The translations under genes and the position numbers were made by a program. From assembly GCA_043228905.1 (NCBI GenBank), contig JBHGNT010000022.1, positions 11,160,001 through 11,224,000 on the forward strand: a stretch of DNA of 64,000 nucleotides, written 5' to 3'. Positions 1-10,688 of this stretch are shown here, piece by piece. Numbering within the stretch: the first letter of the stretch is position 1; every line of letters begins with the position of its first letter. Source of the DNA: Azolla caroliniana (Eukaryota > Plantae > Polypodiophyta). Below the pieces are notes generated by a model that did not search any database, had not been told where the DNA came from, and saw nothing but the letters and a program-made list of their open reading frames with translations.

Positions 1-2653
1 GATGCCGACATACTTCCCGCATGACAATTTCGGCGGTGTCTTCACTAGATATTTCTTTAGTACATGGTAAGAAATGAGCCATCTTCGTATATCGATCCAC
101 CACTGTGAGAATCGCACTGAATCCCTTAGAGACTGGAAGATCTGTAATGAAGTCAAGAGCAATGGATTGCCATGGCTTGCTTGGAATTGGTAATGGTTCT
201 AATAAACCATATGGATGATGTCTTGGCATTTTCGCTCTGCAGCATGTATCGCAAGTCCGAACAAAATCTTCGACAAATTGTCGCATACGGGGCCACCAGA
301 ATGATCGTTGTACTAAATCTAATGTTTTAGTACTACCAAAATGTCCTGCTGTATATGTGTCATGGCAGTTTTGTACTACTCGAAGGCGGCAAGAACCATT
401 AGGAACATACAAAAGTTCTTTAAAGAAGAGTAATCCATCACAGTATTTGAATTGCCGATAATCCGTACCTGGTGATTGTGATTGTGAACATGACGCTCGA
501 GAGGGGTCAATTTGTGCTAGTATAGCTTGGGCGAAAGCGTCAGTCTTCAAGTCCTCACGTATAGTATTGGTAATGTCGGAATCCACGGGCATGTCAAAGA
601 TCTGTGCTGCTTGCAGTCGTGCTGGACCCAAGATTACTTGCTTCTGGTTATCGAAAGCTGGCTCACCGGGACGTGGTGTTAGATACGAACGCCGTGATAA
701 TGCATCTGCCTTCCCTTGGTGCTTCCCCGGACGATATGTAATTTTGAAGTCGAAGCGTGTGAGGAAGTGGGCCCACCGAGCTTGACGTCGATTCAGTACA
801 CGAGCATCTTGAAAGTAGGCAAGGTTCTTGTGGTCACTGAATACAGTGACCTGATGAGGAGATCCCTCCAGGAAATGCCTCCATTGCATAAAAGAATCAA
901 CTATTGCTAATAGCTCTTTATCATGAATTTCGTAGTTGATTTCGGCGGCGTCAAACTTACGGGAGTGGAAAGCCACAGGATGTAGCTTCTCGTCGTTACC
1001 CTGTTGTGACAGAATGCTCCCCAATGCGAAATCCGATGCATCAGCTTCGATAATGAATGGTTTTTCCGGATCCACATGACCTAAAATTGGAGCTGATGTA
1101 AACGCCTTCTTAAGACTCTCGAAAGCCATGTCCGTCTCTTTAGACCAAATGAATGATTGTCCCTTCCTGGTGAGCTGTGTGAGAGGCAGCACAATTTTTG
1201 AGTAATTTTGTATGAACTTCCGGTAGAAATTTGCAAAGCCTAGGAAGCATTGCACATCCCGCACCGAACGCGGAGTGTGCCATTCTATCACCGTTTTGAC
1301 CTTGGCTGGGTCCATAGATATGCCTTCTGAGGAGATGACATAGCCGAGAAACTCCACTTGGTTGCACCCGAAACTACATTTCTCTAACTTTGCATACAGA
1401 CCATGTTCTCGAAGTCGTTTTAGTACTAATAGTACATGAGAATCATGTTCTTCTTGGGTCTTTGAATAAACCAGTAGATCATCCAAATAGATGATCAAAA
1501 AATCATCCAAGAGATCTCGAAATATATCATTCGCCATGTGCTGGAAGACTGCCGGCGCATTAGTGAGTCCGAACGGCATGACCGTATACTCGAAGTGCCC
1601 ATATCTGGTGCGAAACGCGGTCTTCCATTCATCTCCTGGTCGGATCCGTACGAGGTTATAGGCTCCTCGTAAGTCGATCTTCGTGAAGAACCTGGCACCG
1701 TTGATCCGTTCTAAAAGACTTGAGATAAGGGGAAGAGCATACCTATTTCTTACTGTGACCTTATTCAAGCCACGGTAATCTACAACGAGTCGAAGCGAGC
1801 CATCTTTTTTCTTGACGAAGAAAATGGGTGCGCCGGCTGGAGATTTCGAATGCCGAATGAAACCGTTCTCCAAATTCTCCTCTATATAGGCTCGAAGGAC
1901 TTCTAGCTCGGTTGGTGACAAATTGTAGATCGGCCCCCATGGCGGCTCTTTTCCCGGTTGTAAGTCGATGGCGCAGTCGTACGGCCGATGATGAGGAAGT
2001 GTGTTGGCTTGTACTTTATCGAACACATCAGCATACTGACGATACTTCTCGGGAAGTTGAACGATGGACTCCTCTTTGGTGGTGCTGGAGGGTTGTACTG
2101 ATATTGCAAAGAGAAACATTTCCTCCTTGCGCCCTTCCTCACGCAACTGACGTAGCGAAATGGTTGCAACCTTCTGGGTAGATCCTTGGGTTTGTCGCAA
2201 CCGGATTTCCCTTGTCCTCCAATCTATGTCTGGGTCATGTAACTCGAACCATGGTAATCCTAAAACTATGGGATGTTCTGGAATACTAATAATATTAAAT
2301 GATACTACACATGTTAAGTTATCTAGGACAATATTAACGGGTTCCGACTCTTCTATGATATTACCAGAAGCAATGGGACGACCATCAATGACTACTACTG
2401 AGGCTGGACATGGGAGCTTTCTGAGAGATATCTGATGAACTCGGGCAAAATTCCTATCCATGAAGCAAGAATTAGCTCCAGAATCTAGAAGGGCTAAGGT
2501 ATGTACTGGAGGGGTACTTTTAGTACTAACTGCTACTTGGACTACGAACACATCACTAACTTGCTTAGAGGGAATGGAACCACTAATGGGCTGCACAGAT
2601 CTAGGGCTGTCCAACCAAACGGCTCCTATTTTGGCTGGACTTAGTCGTTTAAC
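1..2653 (-). CDS. pol: Gypsy pol polyprotein (PR-RT-RH-INT), -1 frame relative to gag, truncated by window edge
   Basis: LLDSGANSCFM (~2460-2490), YLDD (1478-1489) and the integrase His (341-343) fall in one frame. The ORF track lists no closed ORF in that frame, which is consistent with no stop before the edge. Confidence 0.9.
2601..2653 (-). promoter_or_regulatory. -1 programmed ribosomal frameshift signal (G_UUA_AAC, 6-nt spacer, stem-loop/pseudoknot)
   Basis: Heptamer at 2653-2647, spacer GACUAA, 11-bp stem GUCCAGCCAAA/UUUGGUUGGAC. The -1 frame leads directly into LLDSGA. Confidence 0.85.
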
Positions 2654-3810
2654 TCTTCTTCTAATTGGCTAAGGACATCAAATTTGTTTGCGAGATTCGG
2701 ACTATTAGTACTATTAGGACTATTATGACTATGAGGATTATCAGAGATTCCTACTGAAATAGACTCGGGTTTAGTATAGTCAGAACTAACAATGACTTGG
2801 TTTACCTGCCTTCTTGGTCTATGGGGACAGTTTATCGCGATATGCCCTGGTCCACCGCAATAAAGGCATAATCGGTTTGTTCGGCGTCGTTGCTTTTCCT
2901 CCTCCGATAGCGGCCCACGACGACGTGTAGTGTCAATTTCCATTGGAGTTGGAGTACTTACTGGAGGCGCATTATGTGACTCCCTTTGAAAAGGTTTCGC
3001 TACCACTGAGGCATAGGTAGGCTCGGATCTTGCCCTCGGCATCTGAAATTGTCGTTCCGAACGTCGCTCGAAGAGGCGGTTGTCACATCTGACCGCTCGA
3101 CTGATTGCTTCTGTTAATGATTTTGGCTCTTCAGGGAAAGTCAAGAGTAAATCCTTGACATCGTTGCGTAGACCATAGCGGAACTGCTCCATCAATGCTT
3201 GATCATCCCAGGGGATATCGGCGGCGAGTAGGCGGAAATCTGCAGCATATGCGGAGGCTGGACGGTCACCTTGGCGTAATCGCCGGATTTTGTTGATTGC
3301 AGTCCTTATGCTGTCAGTATCTCCAAAACATGCTTTAAACTCACTTATGAATTCTTCAAAATTATTTAGTACTGGAGATTCCTTTTCTAGTAGCGGAGCG
3401 AACCATGCTAATGCTGAGCCATTTAACAACGTGCCTACTAAACCCACTTGTGATGCATCGGTGGGATATCGGGACGGATGCATTTGAATAACTAACCGTA
3501 CCTGGTTAAGAAACCCTCTAAACTGCGATCGCGTTCCATCGAACTTTGTGGGAAGGCCAATCTTGGGTTCTTTATGAATCCCTTGTGCTCCGTGCCCTTG
3601 TTGTTGCATTGCTACGATGGTTGCTTCGAGTTGTTGCACGCGTAACGCAAGTTCCCCATGCTGTTGTTGCGTTTGCTGCTTTTCTAAGGAAATTTGCTGA
3701 AGATCCCCCAACAAGCGTTGATTTTCTTGTTCCAAAGCATGAAACTTCTCTTTCAAGCATTGAAATTCCGAGAAAACGGATTGATACTCTTCAGCGCTAA
3801 CGGTGGCCAT
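2641..3810 (-). CDS. gag: Gypsy Gag (coiled coil, retrotransposon capsid domain, CCHC zinc knuckle), 389 aa
   Basis: PTKFDGTRSQFRGFL, LRQGDRPASAYAADF, PTPMEID and CLYCGGPGHIAINC, typical of Tf1/sushi/PEG10-like Gag. Confidence 0.95.
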   Translation of the reverse strand: MATVSAEEYQSVFSEFQCLKEKFHALEQENQRLLGDLQQISLEKQQTQQQHGELALRVQQLEATIVAMQQQGHGAQGIHKEPKIGLPTKFDGTRSQFRGFLNQVRLVIQMHPSRYPTDASQVGLVGTLLNGSALAWFAPLLEKESPVLNNFEEFISEFKACFGDTDSIRTAINKIRRLRQGDRPASAYAADFRLLAADIPWDDQALMEQFRYGLRNDVKDLLLTFPEEPKSLTEAISRAVRCDNRLFERRSERQFQMPRARSEPTYASVVAKPFQRESHNAPPVSTPTPMEIDTTRRRGPLSEEEKQRRRTNRLCLYCGGPGHIAINCPHRPRRQVNQVIVSSDYTKPESISVGISDNPHSHNSPNSTNSPNLANKFDVLSQLEEELND

Positions 3811-4029
3811 GGGATGAAGGAAAAGGGAAATAAGAGACTAGTAGGAAAGGAGAGAGACAGAAGGAAGAGGGAGACTAGTAGGACCAAAATCGGTTCAAAC
3901 TGTCAGGAACTCTATTAAGGCAGAGAAGGAATTAGTACTAAAAGAAGGATTAGTACTATTGTTGGGGAATAGTACTAAGACAGAGAAGGATTAGTACTAT
4001 GAGAGGTGTCGAACTTTGAGAGAAGGAAT

Positions 4030-4105
<76 letters not shown>

Positions 4106-4224
4106 TGATGCGAAAGATATATGTATTATATGACGGAAGATATACAACAGTAGTTAGAAGGCTTAAGACTGGCGTTGAACCGATTTGGTTCGAACTAATG
4201 CCTTGCGCCTCCTTTTATAGTGTC

Positions 4225-4272
4225 TTCAGGAATACTCCTGAAGTTTCTAGAATGTTCCAGAGAAATCTGGAA
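4225..4272. promoter_or_regulatory. Heat-shock element array in LTR U3
   Basis: Ten pentamers in 5-bp phase: TTC GAA CTC GAA TTC GAA TTC GAG ATC GAA (7 perfect nGAAn/nTTCn), directly upstream of TATA. Confidence 0.8.
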
Positions 4273-4323
4273 TATACATCAATTTCCTAATAAAACCTAA
4301 ATGAAAATAATATCCTTCAAATT

Positions 4324-4391
4324 ACAACTCATAACCTAATGGTAAAGTCTCGACCCGTGTAACAAAAGGTTATGGGTTCGAGTCTAGTTGT
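4324..4391 (+). other. tRNA-like Pol III cassette (A box/B box) antisense within LTR U3
   Basis: A-box-like TAACCTAATGGTAAAG at 4332, B box GGTTCGAGTC at 4375, tRNA-like spacing (45 nt from T8-equivalent to T54-equivalent). Cloverleaf imperfect. Confidence 0.6.
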
Positions 4392-4409
4392 TCGAGTCTA
4401 GTTATGACA

Positions 4410-6112
4410 CTTACATCCCAATATGGTGGTTGTAACTTGCACAATTGTGACATAAGCCACAAATTGATACAAGTGGCGGTGGTGTTGTGCGCAAAGATGT
4501 AGAACTCAAATCTATGAGTAAAACATCAATAGGGGAACTCATGTGGTTTTACTCGAGTTGTAAGGCTCGATAATATGAGTTAAACCTAGATGAGCCGTTG
4601 GAAAAAATCGTTCAAAAAACGGCACGATGCCCACTCAATATTAAAAAATAGTCTACATGAATCGTTATACCATTAAACGTACGTAAATAGTGTAGATGAA
4701 CTTAAAATAAGGACAAGAAAGAGAGTTAATTGTGGGTGGGTAAATGACAATTACTAGAAAAGCATACAAAAGTGAAACGAAAATTTATGTAATTAGAAAT
4801 GAATTAGAATAATAATCAATTAGGTGTATGAATCATTAAGCGTGCCTTAAGGTATGAAACCCTAAGGTAGTCAACATGCACCTCATCAAGACCACCACAT
4901 CTCCCTAGAATTGGCCAATTGATGGCTCAATAAAAAGTAAAGTGGCATAGGTAAGCGGCATATACCTCGTTAAGGCCACAACATCCCATAGAATCGGCCA
5001 AGTTATGGCTCAATAGAGAGTAGAGTGGCATAGGTAGGCGACATACACCTCGTCATGGCCACAACATCCCATAGACTCGGCCAAGTGATGGCTCAATAGA
5101 GAGTGGACTGGCATAGGTAGGCAACATACACCTCGTCATGGCCACAACATCCCATAGACTCGGCCAAGTGATGGCTCAATAGAGGGAAGAGTGGCCTACT
5201 CAACATCGAATGCAAAAGGTCCATGAAGTGAGAATGTGCGAGTAGGGCAAACACGCTCAACCCAATGCACAACAATAATTAATATCGTAAGAGAAGGCTC
5301 AAGAGAGGGGAGAGTGGGAGATACATCGCAATATGCAAAAGGCCATGAGTTGAGCGTGTGCGATTAGTGCAAACACGCTCGGCCCAATGCACAATAATAA
5401 TTAAAATCGTATCGTGGTAGAAAGAATAAAGAAAAGAAAAGAAAACGTAATACAAATTTGATTCGACCTTAAAGAACGCATCATCGAAAGAAGAGAGAGA
5501 TCGAGAAAGAAGAATACCAGGTTAAGAATGTTGTTTTGATCCTGTGAAGACCATGACAAGCCTTGTTAGATCCCCATCGCTCACACGCAAAAAACATCAA
5601 AACAACAAAAAAAATTGTTAGTAAATGCTTTGATACCACTGTTAAGAGTCTATTACTAATCAATAGACCAAACTAAAGTAAAAGAAGGAAAATAGAATGG
5701 ATAGAATAACCCGTTCCCGCTTACCACCCTTGAGCTATGATCTAGACATAGCCAACCTACCACCGACGTCCCATACCGCCGGATATTAGGATGACTAATA
5801 CCTTGGAGGAGATAAACACGATCATTGAGACGAAAGCCTAGCCCGCACCACCGGTGTCTAAGACATCAGCCTTCTGACATAATGTCATTATGAGGGTAGC
5901 TAAGCCTCATATTTATACCTTTTCCTAGGCCCCTTGAATAGATGTGCCTTTCTAAAAGGCTCTCCATTCATTGGTTGTCCAAATCATGATAGTGCATGCA
6001 CTTATCATTCCTTCTATCCAATCATTAGTCCCTTTTTTAACATTAGGGAACATACCCTTCACTAATGTAAATATTGGTGACCTACCCTCACCAACATTAT
6101 GTGTACATAACA
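4410..6112 (-). mobile_element. LTR retrotransposon remnant: 5' LTR (5640-6112), tRNA-iMet PBS and non-coding leader with tandem repeats
   Basis: TGTTA...TAACA termini and PBS TGGTATCAAAGCA (5626-5638 on minus). Right end abuts the YVDD codons of a Copia RT; left end is interrupted by the Gypsy LTR. Confidence 0.75.
4880..5412. repeat. Tandem repeats: ~3.5 x 83 bp, then 2 x ~123 bp
   Basis: TGGCATAGG recurs at 4943, 5026 and 5109; GCAAACACGCTC...CCCAATGCACAA occurs twice. Confidence 0.85.
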
Positions 6113-7080
6113 TATACGTGGATGATTTGGTAATCAGAGTACTAAATCTAGCCGAAGTGAATACGGTGAAATCACTCCTATCCGGCATATTTGAAATGAA
6201 AAATATACAGGAGCTCCATTACTTCCTTGGCATCGAAGTAATTCTGACACTAGTCGGGATCTTGATCTCTCAACAGCACTACGTTCTCAACTTACTCTAA
6301 AAGTTCGGAATGAACGAGTGCAAACCTATGTCTACTCCTCTTGACCGTAATGTCAAGCTCGATGTCGATTCCGGCACAGCCGAGTGTGAGCCAACTCAGT
6401 ATCGCCAACTGATCGACAGCCTCATCTACCTAACCATCACACGAGCTGACCTCAGCTACTCTGTCAGCCTACTTAGCCAATTCATGCTGAACCCACGGAA
6501 TCTCCATCTCGATTGTGCTAAGAGGATACTTCGGTATGTCGGTGGTACAATGGATTACGACATTCTGTACAAGTTGAATACGCTTATTCAACTCGAAGGG
6601 TACACAGATGCGGATTGCGCCGGATATAAGGACGATAGATGATTGACATCTGAATTCGTCTTCTCCCTCTCCAACAGAGCAATCTCGTGGAGCAGCAAGA
6701 AGCAACCGACAGTTGCACTATCGAGCACGGAGGCTGAATACAGGGGTGTGGCAATCACAGCATGCAAAGTCGTATGGCTGAAGCGCGTACTAAATGATCT
6801 TGGTGTACCCATCAATGATCTAATTTGCTTATACATCAACAACATGAGCAATATCTACCTCGCAACCCCGTATTTCACACACGGACTAAACACATCGAAG
6901 TGCACTACCACTTCATTCGCGAGCGCGTTCTAGCCGGCGAAATCGATCTACAACACATCAATACACACCTTCAAGTTGCGGATATCTTTACGAAGACCTT
7001 AGGCATCGACAAGCTTGGGCAATTCGCATCTGACCTTGGTCTCACGATATCTACGTTGCCGAGCTTGAGGGGGAGTACAA
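6113..7080 (+). mobile_element. Degenerate Ty1/Copia RT C-terminus and RNase H
   Basis: YVDDLVI, GYTDAD, SWSSKKQPTVALSSTEAEY, RTKHIEVHYHFIRE and ADIFTK, with stops and frameshifts. Same family as 34320-38188. Confidence 0.92.
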
Positions 7081-7169
7081 CATGTGACACGGAAGTGCCC
7101 TAGCCTAGTTGGTATTTAAACCAACCCTTTGTAACTTAGTTGTTTGTTGGAAGTAATATACAGTTTCTT

Positions 7170-7297
<128 letters not shown>

Positions 7298-8019
7298 GCA
7301 GTCATCTTCGGCTACACTAAATCTCTCTCGATTCTTTACGGATTATAAGTCCAAAGCTAACTACTAGATTGTAGAACAATGCCTTACATCTTGTTTTCCA
7401 ACATTAGCTAGTTGGTTTTTGGAGTTCCATGTCCTAACCACCAAACTTTAGAACTGTAAAGAATAACCCACGGAAGCTTGTAGACACAACTGGTTCTGCC
7501 AAAAAGCAACAGAAAACAAAATCAAGTTTTAATGGGAAACTTCAAACTACACAGAGAGAACATAATAGTAAACTCTAAGTTTCAAAATATTACTCTGTAC
7601 ATAAAACGTGCTCAAAGAGCACTTTTATACAAGTTCTTAAAAGGACTGACAGAAGTATTGATAAGTACTTCAATACTCGTACTGAGCTATTGACACGAAC
7701 TCCTAGGACCATAACAAGAGCTTTAGTTTTGGCTCCAACCCGGATGAGGTCATTCGTTCAATTTGGTGAGCTCTTGGTTAGCTTCGTCCAGTTGTGTCTT
7801 TATTAACCTGTTGTTCCTCAACATGCTTTCATTCGGCATGTTGGGAGGATTTCGTTAGCTGCACAAACTCTTTCAAAAGCTCACAATGTGTGCACTAGGC
7901 CAGCTTGTTCCACTTCTCTTTGCCACATACCACTACGGTGTGCAAGGGTACCAACCCTAAAAGATGTTTGTTCTAGGTACTCGAATGCTCGATTCGAGTA
8001 AAACTAGGAATCGACAACA

Positions 8020-8340
8020 GCTCGGCTCAAGCCTAAATTGAACAGTGAAACCATTTTTAAATGGTTTGGTGGTTCGATTAATCTTGAGCTTCCTTAACCG
8101 ACCGTTTTTAAACGGTTTGGCGGTTCGATTAGGCTTGAGCTTCCTTAACCGGTTTGAGCTGGGTTTGGGATGGCTAAAATCGAACCAAATCGATTTGGGC
8201 CAAACCCGGCAACCAAGCCCGTTAAGGCTTAATTGGCTTGGCTAAACCAGCTTAGGAACCGGTTCAATTTAGGTTCGGAAACTCTCAAACCAATATAGGC
8301 TTAACATGTTTGGTTTGGACAAGGCGAAACCGAACCGTTG
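8020..8340. repeat. AACCG/CGGTT-rich repeat block (possible non-autonomous DNA transposon remnant) just upstream of ABCF copy 1
   Basis: ~52-bp tandem duplication at 8049-8151 and many AACCG motifs in both orientations. No clear TIR or TSD. Confidence 0.4.
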
Positions 8341-8474
8341 CCTTCAGGGGAAAAGACCAACACAAATATGTATGTATATATAGGCCCTTTTGGAGAAGAA
8401 GAAGAAGGAAACAGATATACATACATACATACATATAGGCCTCTGTTTTTTGTTCTTCGTTCACAAAAACAGTC

Positions 8475-10688
8475 ATGGGGAAGAACAAAGAAGCTTCAGC
8501 AGCAGCAGCACAGCCCCCCAAAGGCTCCTCCAAAGACAGCAAGAAAGAATCCCAACAACCCAAGAAGGAGAAGCTGTCTGTCTCGGCTTTCCTCGCTGGC
8601 CTCGATAGCAAGAGTAAAGACAGCCTCCCCGGTGCCAAACCTAAACCTAAACCTAAGCAAGCCAAAGCTCAAGATGACTACATCTCCGGTCTCGATCTGC
8701 CCCCTTCCGATGACGATGAAGAAGATGAAAGACCTGAGATCAGCGAAGAAGAGATGGAGAAAAGAAGGCACCAGGCTGAATTTGGTCCCGGGATGGGCGC
8801 GGCGTCAGAGAAGGATGCCAAGAAAAAGGAGAAGAAGGATCAGATGGCTGCCCACGTGGCCGAGATAGCGAAGAAAGAAGCTCTCAAGGATGATAGGAGT
8901 GCTTTCTCTGTTGTGGTCGGGTCCCGGACCTCAATCCTCGACGGTGAAGATGGCGATGGCGATGCCAATCTCAAGGACATCTCGGTGGAGAATTTCTCGG
9001 TCTCGGCACGAGGTAAGGAGCTCTTTAAGAATGCTTCGGTTAAGATTGCTCATGGTCACAAGTATGGACTTGTGGGTCCTAATGGGAAGGGTAAATCTAC
9101 CCTTCTCAAGCTTCTTGCATGGCGACAGCTCCCAGTACCAAAGAATATCGACATTCTATTGGTTGAGCAAGAGGTCGTGGGTGATGAGAGAACCGCTTTA
9201 GAAGCCGTCGTATCGGCCAATGAAGAGCTCATCAGGCTCCGAGAAGAGGCAATAAGGTTGCAGAACCTCACCCTTCTAGATGATGATGACGAAGAAGAGG
9301 AGATGAATGGTAAGGAGAAGGATCCCGAGATATATACAGCAGGTGAGAAGTTAACCGAGGTCTATGAAAAGCTTCAAATGATGGGTTCAGATGCAGCCGA
9401 AGCACATGCTTCCAAGATATTGGCTGGATTAGGGTTCACCAAGGCCATGCAAGGGCGGGCCACCAAATCCTTTAGTGGAGGGTGGAGAATGAGAATATCG
9501 TTGGCCCGTGCTCTCTTTGTTCAACCCACCTTGTTGCTGCTCGACGAACCCACCAACCACTTGGATCTACGAGCTGTGTTGTGGTTAGAGGAGTATCTGT
9601 TGAGGTGGAAGAAGACCCTCGTGGTGGTTTCTCATGATCGCGATTTTCTCAACTCCGTCTGCACGGACATCATCCACCTCCACGACGAGAAATTGCATCT
9701 CTATCGGGGAAATTTTGACGCTTTTGAAGTGGGTTATGAGCAAAAACGCAAGGAAGTGAACAAGAAGTTTGAGACATATGATAAGCAAATAAAGGCAGCG
9801 CAAAGGAGCGGAAGCAAAGCCCAACAAGACAAGGTGAAAGATCGAGCAAAGTATGCCGCGGGGAAAGAAGCTCGATCGAAGGGAAAAGGAAAATCTGGGG
9901 CAGAGGAGGATGAGACCCCTATTGTAGAAGTACCTAAGAAATGGAAAGATTACAGTGTACAATTTGACTTTCCTGAACCAACTGAGCTGACGCCACCTCT
10001 TCTCCAACTCATCGAGGTTCATTTTAGCTATCCTGGGAGGGAAGATTTTGCTCTCAAGGGTATCGATGTCGGCATTGATATGGGCACCCGAGTAGCCATA
10101 GTGGGCCCGAACGGAGCAGGGAAATCCACTCTACTTAACCTGCTTGCAGGTGACCTAGAGCCATTACAAGGGGAATGTCGAAGAAGCCAGAAGCTCCGGA
10201 TCGGGAGATATTCTCAACATTTTGTGGATTTGCTTACTATGGATGAGACCCCAGTGCAATATTTGTTGAGGCAATATCCGGATCAAGAAGGGCCAAGCAA
10301 ACAAGAAACAGTTCGAGCAAAGTTGGGGAAGTTTGGCTTACCGAGCCATAATCACCTTACACCTATCATAAAACTCTCTGGAGGGCAAAAGTCCAGGGTT
10401 GTGTTCACGGCCATTTCAATGGCAAAACCTCATATTTTGCTCTTAGATGAGCCTACCAATCACCTGGATATGCAAAGTATCGATGCTTTAGCGGATGCTT
10501 TGGGTAAGTTTACAGGTGGAGTAGTGCTCGTGAGTCATGATTCTCGCCTGATCTCTCAAGTTTGCGAAGATGAAGAGAAGAGCGAGATATGGATTGTTGA
10601 TAATGGGACTGTAAGGAAATATCCAGGGTCTTTTGAGGAATATAAGACAGAGTTACAAAGGGAGATCAAAGCTGAAGTGGATGAGTAG
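8475..10688 (+). CDS. ABCF4: ABC transporter F family member 4-like (soluble twin-ABC ATPase), intronless, copy 1
   Basis: 737-aa ORF with two Walker A motifs (GPNGKGKST, GPNGAGKST), signatures FSGGW and LSGGQ, LLLDEPTNHLD twice, and no TM domains. N-terminus MGK...SKDSKK...KEKLSVSA is like plant ABCF4. Confidence 0.95.
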   Translation: MGKNKEASAAAAQPPKGSSKDSKKESQQPKKEKLSVSAFLAGLDSKSKDSLPGAKPKPKPKQAKAQDDYISGLDLPPSDDDEEDERPEISEEEMEKRRHQAEFGPGMGAASEKDAKKKEKKDQMAAHVAEIAKKEALKDDRSAFSVVVGSRTSILDGEDGDGDANLKDISVENFSVSARGKELFKNASVKIAHGHKYGLVGPNGKGKSTLLKLLAWRQLPVPKNIDILLVEQEVVGDERTALEAVVSANEELIRLREEAIRLQNLTLLDDDDEEEEMNGKEKDPEIYTAGEKLTEVYEKLQMMGSDAAEAHASKILAGLGFTKAMQGRATKSFSGGWRMRISLARALFVQPTLLLLDEPTNHLDLRAVLWLEEYLLRWKKTLVVVSHDRDFLNSVCTDIIHLHDEKLHLYRGNFDAFEVGYEQKRKEVNKKFETYDKQIKAAQRSGSKAQQDKVKDRAKYAAGKEARSKGKGKSGAEEDETPIVEVPKKWKDYSVQFDFPEPTELTPPLLQLIEVHFSYPGREDFALKGIDVGIDMGTRVAIVGPNGAGKSTLLNLLAGDLEPLQGECRRSQKLRIGRYSQHFVDLLTMDETPVQYLLRQYPDQEGPSKQETVRAKLGKFGLPSHNHLTPIIKLSGGQKSRVVFTAISMAKPHILLLDEPTNHLDMQSIDALADALGKFTGGVVLVSHDSRLISQVCEDEEKSEIWIVDNGTVRKYPGSFEEYKTELQREIKAEVDE

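Larger units (their letters stand above)
1..4409 (-). mobile_element. Ty3/Gypsy chromovirus (Tcn1/Tf1-like) LTR retrotransposon, 5' part, apparently intact; runs off the left edge
   Basis: 5' LTR 3901-4409, gag 2641-3810, then pol in the -1 frame with PR (LLDSGA), RT (YLDD at 1478-1489), RNase H (IIEADASDFALG) and integrase (GHFG...CDTC) in Gypsy order. Confidence 0.95.
3901..4409 (-). repeat. 5' LTR of the Tcn1-like element (TGTCA...TGACA) with TATA at 4212-4219 and a (TC)n tract in U5
   Basis: TG...CA termini, immediately followed on the minus strand by PBS GTTTGAACCGATTTTGG and gag. Only one LTR is in the window. Confidence 0.8.

Noticed and set aside
4324-4391. Functional tRNA gene
   Set aside because: T and anticodon stems pair poorly and the 3' end is duplicated; kept only as a tRNA-like cassette.
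9585-10022. Antisense 145-aa ORF conserved in both ABCF copies
   Set aside because: Conservation follows trivially from near identity of the two CDSs.
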